Below are positions 57,437-64,000 of a stretch of DNA of 64,000 nt, piece by piece (the first letter of the stretch is position 1; each line of letters starts with the position of its first letter). Below the pieces are notes generated by a model. It saw only the letters and a list, made by a program, of their open reading frames with translations, did not search any database and was not told the origin of the DNA. The position numbers and the translations under genes are program-made. This stretch comes from a virus (Duplodnaviria; Heunggongvirae; Uroviricota; Caudoviricetes): positions 18,702-82,701 of the IMG/VR virus record IMGVR_UViG_3300021599_001517, one strand, 5' to 3'.

Positions 57437-58920
57437 TTGTTTAACTTTTTTTCTACATATTCTCGCTCTCTCGGACCTGTTCGATTTTTAGGAGCATCAA
57501 AATATTTTACTTTATCTAATACTTCTTGAAGAGGAATATCGGGATAGGTATAATCAGCAAAAGTCCAGATGCTAGATTTCATTATAATCTCATCTCTTAC
57601 AATTTTAACATAAAAGTCATCGACTATTTTACACGCATCTGCATAAGTCATGTTATCATTTTCCCATATAACTTTATCGTTAGCTTGCTTCACTCGTGTT
57701 TCGGCCGATCCAAAAAATTTGACTTCCTCTGGAGGTTCTGGCTCGGGTATATCTGAATGTCGATACCCATATTTTCCCATATCTTTTGATATAGTAGATT
57801 GCACATCATTAGTTTCTGATCCGTGTATTTCTAAAGGAAATGCATGGACACATTCACCTTGCCAATTTTTTTCAATCCAATTAAAAGTTTTTATCTGACT
57901 TTCTAATGTTTCGTGCGGAAGTCCTACTACTATTCCGAGTGCCCCTCTGTAAGGACCATTGCTTAAAAAATAATTTTTTACTTCGATTAATCCATCTCCG
58001 AGTTTTTCCGGTCTCATTCCCTTTCCAATAAATTTTGCTGTTTCATAATTCATAGTTTCTATACCATAAAAATGTCCAACAAATCCCATCTTTAATAAAG
58101 GTTCCCAATCTCTTCTTCTAGAAACTAAAAGGTCTGCACGAATAAATCCTGCAAAAATAGTATCAAGATTTAATTGTTGTATAGCATCTGAATATTTTTC
58201 TATTTTTTCACTATGATCATTAAAAGTTTCATCGGCCATGTAGTAATTTTTGATTCCCCACCTTTCCCAATTTTCTTTCATATCTTCCTTAAAATCTTCT
58301 GCCGATCGAGTATAATCTCCCTTAACACCAAGAACCGGATGATTACAATATGGACATTGAAATTTACAACCTCTAGAGCACTCTATCGTCAACCATTCCC
58401 AGGGTTGTAGATCATCTCGATCTTGATATTTTATTGTGAGGCGATTCATAGGAAAAGCAGGATAATGTTTATTTGCGCTAATAACTTTTTTCTTTCCAAG
58501 ATATAACGGATCAAGGGTTATTTTATTATTCGAATTTCCTACAAAAGATCTGGCAAGTTCTAATACTGCTAATTCTCCGTAGCCGTGAATATAGTAATCG
58601 ACTTTTTTAGTATTAATTAGAGGTTTACTTTGTCCTCCTACAATTATTCTAATGTAAGGATAAGAAGATTTAATCCAGTCAATAAAAATATCAACGTCGT
58701 CGCTCCATGCATTAAAAAAAGAACTGAAACCAATAAAAATAGTTTTAGAACTTATACGCATTTTAGCTACTTCTTTTAATTCTTCTAGCGTGAATGATTT
58801 AACGTAATCTATTACCTCTACATCCCATTCGTGTTCGCGAAGAAATGTGGCTATCCTATATGGGCCTGCCAATCTCCTTAATGCCAAGTCGTGAACACAA
58901 AAAATTAATGCGTGATTCAT
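57433..58920 (-). CDS. B12-binding-domain radical SAM enzyme, paralog 4
   Basis: N-terminal B12-binding-like Rossmann region plus IECSRGCKFQCPYCNHP. Confidence 0.7.
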   Translation of the reverse strand: MNHALIFCVHDLALRRLAGPYRIATFLREHEWDVEVIDYVKSFTLEELKEVAKMRISSKTIFIGFSSFFNAWSDDVDIFIDWIKSSYPYIRIIVGGQSKPLINTKKVDYYIHGYGELAVLELARSFVGNSNNKITLDPLYLGKKKVISANKHYPAFPMNRLTIKYQDRDDLQPWEWLTIECSRGCKFQCPYCNHPVLGVKGDYTRSAEDFKEDMKENWERWGIKNYYMADETFNDHSEKIEKYSDAIQQLNLDTIFAGFIRADLLVSRRRDWEPLLKMGFVGHFYGIETMNYETAKFIGKGMRPEKLGDGLIEVKNYFLSNGPYRGALGIVVGLPHETLESQIKTFNWIEKNWQGECVHAFPLEIHGSETNDVQSTISKDMGKYGYRHSDIPEPEPPEEVKFFGSAETRVKQANDKVIWENDNMTYADACKIVDDFYVKIVRDEIIMKSSIWTFADYTYPDIPLQEVLDKVKYFDAPKNRTGPREREYVEKKLNK

Positions 58921-59336
58921 GTTTCTAAAATCTCTTTTAAATATTCTTCACTCCAGTGCGTATAATAACTAGATTTAGATAATTTATCTCTCGCTTTATT
59001 CAGTTCGTCTCTCCACTGGCACAGAATTAAATTGTGTTCTCCATTATTAGTTTGTATACCATTAATGTAGGTTATTCTATTTTTAGGATCTGGTAAGAAA
59101 ACCATCTCTGGATAAATGCTGTTATATTCTTTCGCAATTTTAAATATTTCTTCTTCGGAATAGTCATTCGGTAATTTATAAATGATGAGCTCAAAATTCC
59201 AAGGAGGTGGATCGATATCTGATCCATCAGTTTCAATAATTTCATACTTAGAACCTTTAGCATACGGACAAATGCTAAATCCACCAAGTTCATCTCTAGG
59301 TTGGGTAATACGATCAATCCAATTGTCAATATCCAT
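58917..59336 (-). CDS. Hypothetical protein
   Basis: ORF coupled to its neighbours. Confidence 0.4.
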   Translation of the reverse strand: MDIDNWIDRITQPRDELGGFSICPYAKGSKYEIIETDGSDIDPPPWNFELIIYKLPNDYSEEEIFKIAKEYNSIYPEMVFLPDPKNRITYINGIQTNNGEHNLILCQWRDELNKARDKLSKSSYYTHWSEEYLKEILET

Positions 59337-59943
59337 TTTGTACCGTTATACTTGAAATAAAGTTTCTACCATTGATACTCTGTAAAATTAAATCAACAGT
59401 CTTTGTAAGATCTTCAATTGTAATTATGCTATTGGTATCCATTACCTTATTATATAATTCTATACCATTCTGATTTTCTGTGTCATAGGGATTATAAAAA
59501 TTAGTTTGACAAACACCTGGCATAATAACTATGCTTTTACATTTACTACCGCTATGATTTATATCCCAGCTGACTTTATTAATAGCATATTTTTCTTCTC
59601 CGTAGTTTTTAAGCCATGGAAAATTTTTAGGTATATCTGCTAATGGTTCTGCAGCTATAGAACTTGTACTTATAATAAAATGAGGATCATTCCAATGTTG
59701 TTGGTGCCATAATTTCATTAGTTCTACTTGAGAATAATAATGATAGGCATTATTGATAAACAAATCACAATCTTTTGTATAAGAAATAATAATATCTTGA
59801 TTAGATCTATCACCGATATCGAAACCGTTGTCTTTGCTAAATCCTTTAACTCTACAATTTAAATTAAGAAAATAATCATATAATCCTTTGCCAATCCCGC
59901 TGGTATGACCAGTAATTGCTATATTATTAAATTTCATAAACAT
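59326..59943 (-). CDS. Short-chain dehydrogenase/reductase (SDR)-like NAD(P)-binding protein
   Basis: N-terminal ITGHTSGIGKGL (TGxxxGIG) and an NNAY segment. Short (205 aa). Confidence 0.5.
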   Translation of the reverse strand: MFMKFNNIAITGHTSGIGKGLYDYFLNLNCRVKGFSKDNGFDIGDRSNQDIIISYTKDCDLFINNAYHYYSQVELMKLWHQQHWNDPHFIISTSSIAAEPLADIPKNFPWLKNYGEEKYAINKVSWDINHSGSKCKSIVIMPGVCQTNFYNPYDTENQNGIELYNKVMDTNSIITIEDLTKTVDLILQSINGRNFISSITVQNGY

Positions 59944-60472
59944 CTTCCTTAAGAAGTTCTAATAACACAACAACTCTAGGAGATGATGTGTGATTCCAAA
60001 CCGAATGAGGAGTTTCTACATCTAATAAAAAACATTCCCCCTCGAACCATCTTCCTCGATAATCTCCTTCTGAGAATCCGACATCTCCGAGAGGAATAAT
60101 TAGAGGAACGTGACAAATAACATAATTTTCGTGACCTTCTTCTGTATCAGTGTGCATCGGAACAACTCCGCCTGCGTCTAAAACACTGTAACCTGCACTA
60201 CGACAAGTATCACCAAAACTTTTAACTAGTTCAGTTAATATTGGGTATCGAGATAAATTTTTATCTTCCCATTTGCCCATAATTTTAATTACAAGCATTT
60301 TCCATTTATTTTGAGGATCTAAACTGTTTCCAATATATTCGCTGTAGAGGGGAATGTTACCAGTATCGTAACCGTGAACAGTCACAAATTCATTTTTTAA
60401 TTTTGGTATAAATTTATTAATTTTATCTTTAAAAATAAATTTGTTTATGTCATAGATCATTCCACTCTCCAT
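59927..60472 (-). CDS. Aspartyl/asparaginyl beta-hydroxylase-like cupin (Fe(II)/2OG oxygenase)
   Basis: GGVVPMHTDTEEGHE...HSVWNH (HxD...H facial triad pattern of PF05118). Confidence 0.5.
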   Translation of the reverse strand: MESGMIYDINKFIFKDKINKFIPKLKNEFVTVHGYDTGNIPLYSEYIGNSLDPQNKWKMLVIKIMGKWEDKNLSRYPILTELVKSFGDTCRSAGYSVLDAGGVVPMHTDTEEGHENYVICHVPLIIPLGDVGFSEGDYRGRWFEGECFLLDVETPHSVWNHTSSPRVVVLLELLKEDVYEI

Positions 60473-61607
60473 CCATGTGCCACGAAGGAAGTGAATCTTT
60501 ATAAATCTCCGATGCCTTATTTACAGTAACAATAATGGCATTGGGATTATATTCTTTAATTTTTTTGAACAATAGATTCTCATTATATATTCTGTGTCTT
60601 AATGGAACAAAAGGTGCTACGGGATCGTAATTAAAAATATGACTAAGATGCACAATAGTAGAAGGCACTGCATCTAGCCAATCGCTTACTTCGAGATTTT
60701 TGTTAAGAACTAAATCTTGATGAGAAAATTCGAATTTAACGACTTTACTAATGTCACTCCAAATTACAGGATCAATCCGTTGTTCAACACCAGTTAACGT
60801 TATCCACTCTTGTTTTTTATTTTTTAAAAAACTTGATCTTTTATTAACATACGTTTTTACAAATTCTAAATAATTCAACCCGTCCCAATTCTTTATAATA
60901 TATTCCATACACTCTAAAGCAAACAAATTATAATCTACAAAACGAACAACGGTATTTTTATCATATCCATATTCTAAAAGATATTCTATAAACTGCAATC
61001 CACTTGCTTGAATTACTAATTGTTGTATTGGTGTACTACAATTAATTTTTATAACTTCTTCTGTATTGTAAGGATAGAATAATGTTTGTGAGGCAACCTC
61101 GTTTTTGCCGTATAGATAATCGCACGATTTTATAAACGCAGGTTCATAATTAGGATAATAGTATCTTTTGTTTTTTCTGAAACGATCTGCAAATGGTTTC
61201 ACAAATTTATTATTAGCAAACGCAACACTAAGAATGTTCCAGCCGTGCCATTTGTGTTTATATTGACGTTCGGTATCGCCACCGGTTACCCAGATAGGAG
61301 TATAATCGTCGTGAATATTTTCTTCACTGCGTCTGGGTGCTATCTGTGTATGAGCTGAATAATATTCAAATTTTCCTATAACAGGACAACCTAATTCTTT
61401 GTAAGTTTTTAGATTGATTATGTAGCATTGTTCGTGTAATTCATAATAACCATCATCCCTATCTGGTATATGACCCCAGATAAAAAATTCTTTGCCGCTG
61501 TAGACTTCCTTTTCGACTTCATGGAAAAATTCATCACCGTTGATGAACTCTGTGCCTGTACTTAATACAACTGCATGTGTATATTCTTTGGCGGCTTCTT
61601 GTAACAT
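60450..61607 (-). CDS. Hypothetical protein (385 aa)
   Basis: ORF only. Confidence 0.4.
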   Translation of the reverse strand: MLQEAAKEYTHAVVLSTGTEFINGDEFFHEVEKEVYSGKEFFIWGHIPDRDDGYYELHEQCYIINLKTYKELGCPVIGKFEYYSAHTQIAPRRSEENIHDDYTPIWVTGGDTERQYKHKWHGWNILSVAFANNKFVKPFADRFRKNKRYYYPNYEPAFIKSCDYLYGKNEVASQTLFYPYNTEEVIKINCSTPIQQLVIQASGLQFIEYLLEYGYDKNTVVRFVDYNLFALECMEYIIKNWDGLNYLEFVKTYVNKRSSFLKNKKQEWITLTGVEQRIDPVIWSDISKVVKFEFSHQDLVLNKNLEVSDWLDAVPSTIVHLSHIFNYDPVAPFVPLRHRIYNENLLFKKIKEYNPNAIIVTVNKASEIYKDSLPSWHMDGEWNDL

Positions 61608-61654
61608 AGCATCTTCATCTAATCCTTGAATAATATTAAGATCCTTCGGGTGTA

Positions 61655-62302
61655 TTAAATTTTACCATATTGATTATTATAACATCTTACTAACATTTCA
61701 CAAAACTCGGCAGTTCTATGTCCCAATATAATGTTAGCAATCATATGCACTCTTGGTTTACTGCTACGATTAAAAACGGCATGTTTTTTGCTTATATTGA
61801 TCATAATTATCTTTCCTTCTTTCCAAGGAACTTTCTTATCTTCTATAAACATCTCGCAATTATTTGGATGAGCTATAGCAATATTAATTGGTAGAATAGA
61901 TAATAATGGATCCATATCCAGTGGAATCTCGCCGTCGGTGTGCCAGTTTATATTACTCCACGGTGCCAATTTCATAAAACGTATTCTTGTATATCTTTCT
62001 GCAGGAAATTGATTCTTCCAAAAATCTGTAATTACAGGACACTTGTATGCTAGATCAGTATATTGATAAGGAGCATGATATTCATTATAACCATACCTGT
62101 CGGCAGTGTATGTTTTATCAATACCCAATCCGTGTAAACAACAACCGCTCCATCCTTCGCTATATCCTTCTCTATATTCTTGATAATGAGGCTCTGCTTC
62201 TAATGCCTGTTGTTTCCAGATATCTGCATTAAAAGAAATATCTAATTCTAACCAAGGTATATCTGATCTTAATATTTTACGTGCTTGTTCTATGCTATCC
62301 AT
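61655..62302 (-). CDS. Aspartyl/asparaginyl beta-hydroxylase-like cupin
   Basis: NINWHTDGEIPLD...KKHAVFN. Confidence 0.5.
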   Translation of the reverse strand: MDSIEQARKILRSDIPWLELDISFNADIWKQQALEAEPHYQEYREGYSEGWSGCCLHGLGIDKTYTADRYGYNEYHAPYQYTDLAYKCPVITDFWKNQFPAERYTRIRFMKLAPWSNINWHTDGEIPLDMDPLLSILPINIAIAHPNNCEMFIEDKKVPWKEGKIIMINISKKHAVFNRSSKPRVHMIANIILGHRTAEFCEMLVRCYNNQYGKI

Positions 62303-62868
62303 GATTTAAAAATTTCTAAAGATTCTGCTATTGTTAGTCCCGCTTCTGGATTCTCTTTCCTACTAATGTCACAACTAATTAACCAACGCGGTTCCCAAAC
62401 ATTATTGTGAATGTTATGTGGAATGCCAGTTTGCACGATTGTAGGCCATTTAACCACGTGAGAATATAAATGATTAACTTGGTTAGGGTGGTATTGTATG
62501 TAAGGTGTACCTGCTTGGGTATCCGTAGTTTCAAATGGTTGCTCGCCCTCTTTAAGTTTGTACCAATGCATCATACTACCAGCACCCTGTACACACCAAT
62601 TCATAACAGCACGGTCTGCGTCAGGAGAATGTCCGTCAATGTGTATACCGCATTGCTTGCCTTTAGGTGTGTAAAAAATAAGAGGAGGATAAGTTATTAC
62701 TAATCCTAAACTATCAAGCCAGGATCGAAACTCATCAGATACGTCACTATGATTAGCAAACCATATTTCTGTTTGGTCGCCTGTTTGATTTAATATAGCA
62801 GGGTTTACTAACGGATGAGATATCGGTATAGATAAATCGATAGCATAATTAGTGTTCACTTTTGCCAT
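62290..62868 (-). CDS. Cupin-like protein (CGIHIDGHSPD... HxD)
   Basis: Motif only. Confidence 0.35.
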   Translation of the reverse strand: MAKVNTNYAIDLSIPISHPLVNPAILNQTGDQTEIWFANHSDVSDEFRSWLDSLGLVITYPPLIFYTPKGKQCGIHIDGHSPDADRAVMNWCVQGAGSMMHWYKLKEGEQPFETTDTQAGTPYIQYHPNQVNHLYSHVVKWPTIVQTGIPHNIHNNVWEPRWLISCDISRKENPEAGLTIAESLEIFKSWIA

Positions 62869-63419
62869 CCAAAGAAATTAAACATATATTTTGTTTCAAG
62901 TCCCATATTCAGTCCGCCATGCCAATTTTGCCAATCATCCCAACGATAAACATCTCCTTGTTTAGGATCGTATATAGCATGATTTTCAATTATTGATACC
63001 TGACCAAAGCTAGGCTCGCATATATAGCAAGTATAATGAACAATTGGTCCTTTTGATAACCATTCTTTTTCCTGGTTGGGCATCTTATAATCGGGATGCC
63101 AAGGAACTATATACCCTGGAGGAACGGCACTAACCCAACAGCCTGCAGGTTCACAATTTATCCATTTAGAAAAATTTTCAACCCATACATTAGAAAAATG
63201 CTCATAAGGCAAATAATCAATCCATTTTGCTGCGGCATTATTTTTATCATAACCTGCATTTTCCCAAATCTTAATTAGTTTTTCTACTTTGGGATTTCCT
63301 AAATGTATATCATCTTCCTGATCGTTTCCTCTTAATCTAGGAGGTATTAATTTAAGATGATTTATTAAATCTTCCCATTTCATTGTTTTATTTGAATTTC
63401 CAATGTATGTGGCCATCAC
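62856..63419 (-). CDS. Cupin/Fe(II)-oxygenase-like protein, 'WHGG' paralog family
   Basis: VPWHPDYKMP ... YRWDDWQNWHGGLNMGL...FNFFGW. Confidence 0.4.
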   Translation of the reverse strand: MMATYIGNSNKTMKWEDLINHLKLIPPRLRGNDQEDDIHLGNPKVEKLIKIWENAGYDKNNAAAKWIDYLPYEHFSNVWVENFSKWINCEPAGCWVSAVPPGYIVPWHPDYKMPNQEKEWLSKGPIVHYTCYICEPSFGQVSIIENHAIYDPKQGDVYRWDDWQNWHGGLNMGLETKYMFNFFGWQK

Positions 63420-63961
63420 TTTATTCCTAAAAAATGAAACATAAATTGATCATGGAGCCCGCAGTTACCACCTGCATGATAATCTAAGTAATGGTCCCAC
63501 TGATATGTATTACCAGAAAGTTCGCAATGAAAACATTGATTTTTACAAACAAAAACTCCTCCCGGATAAGGGTGACTGATAAAAGTACTGAACCGAATTA
63601 CTTCTCCCTGAGATAGATATTCTTCAATGTTATCATCGATGTCTTGATGTATTGGAGCATATTTTCCTGGACGTATTTTACTAATCCATGCTCTAGCACA
63701 TTTCATTCCAACAAATTTTTCAAATTCTATAACACACGAATTATCAAAATGTTTTATAGGATAATAATTAAACCACTCAACAGTGTCAACTTTATCATAG
63801 CCCGCATCAATCAACATTTGGATGTTATTGTCAAATCGACCATCAAAGTTCTTATAAAAGTCTACACCAAACGCTCTCCGATCGCCTTCTTCAATACATA
63901 AAGAGTCAATTATACTATCCCATTTTCCTGCAAAAAAATTACCTATAAACTTAATTGACAT
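63416..63961 (-). CDS. Cupin/Fe(II)-oxygenase-like protein, 'WHGG' paralog family
   Basis: APIHQDIDDN ... YQWDHYLDYHAGGNCGL...FHFLG. Tandem paralog of 62856-63419. Confidence 0.4.
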   Translation of the reverse strand: MSIKFIGNFFAGKWDSIIDSLCIEEGDRRAFGVDFYKNFDGRFDNNIQMLIDAGYDKVDTVEWFNYYPIKHFDNSCVIEFEKFVGMKCARAWISKIRPGKYAPIHQDIDDNIEEYLSQGEVIRFSTFISHPYPGGVFVCKNQCFHCELSGNTYQWDHYLDYHAGGNCGLHDQFMFHFLGIK

Positions 63962-64000
63962 TTAATCCTCATATCTTATTACATATTCTTTAAATTTATT

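Noticed and set aside
1-64000. CRISPR arrays, rRNA, integrase/transposase/mobile elements, canonical tRNAs
   Set aside because: No regularly spaced direct repeats, no rRNA-like stretches and no recombinase motifs were seen. No cloverleaf tRNAs were found by eye apart from the tmRNA tRNA-like domain. A tRNA scan is still advisable.

Overview
This is an AT-rich, gene-dense window that reads as the accessory region of a large virulent phage of a Gram-negative (proteobacterial) host. Genes have Shine-Dalgarno sites, ATGA/TAATG stop-start overlaps, lipobox signal peptides and rho-independent terminators, and no capsid, terminase or replication genes are recognisable. From 1 to ~40.5 kb nearly everything is on the + strand. 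In order it carries nrdA/nrdB (both apparently degenerate), glutaredoxin, a virion-type M15 peptidase, a circularly permuted two-piece tmRNA gene with an ...ANDSKFALAA tag, an ahpC-ahpD pair, pstS plus a phosphate-selective porin, an orphan PqqA-like 23-aa peptide gene, a SleB-like hydrolase, ribosomal protein S21, a DEDD exonuclease, guaC, a dnaK-hsp20-clpS module, heme oxygenase plus a ferredoxin-dependent bilin reductase, repeat-rich secreted proteins, a metallophosphoesterase, an S11 DD-carboxypeptidase, an SPFH protein, a tandem array of small paralogs whose C-terminal 'LKW' codons embed the next gene's start codon, ClpP and translation initiation factor IF-1. From ~40.5 kb to the window end the orientation flips. 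A ~23-kb, mostly minus-strand, translationally coupled island carries four B12-binding radical-SAM enzymes, two more radical-SAM proteins, a SAM methyltransferase, a class-III aminotransferase, an amidinotransferase, an SDR, an AdoMetDC-like protein, SGNH-like proteins and at least eight cupin/Fe(II)-2OG-oxygenase-like proteins. I do not recognise this gene combination as any described phage system. All calls come from reading the translations and nucleotides by eye; no searches were run.
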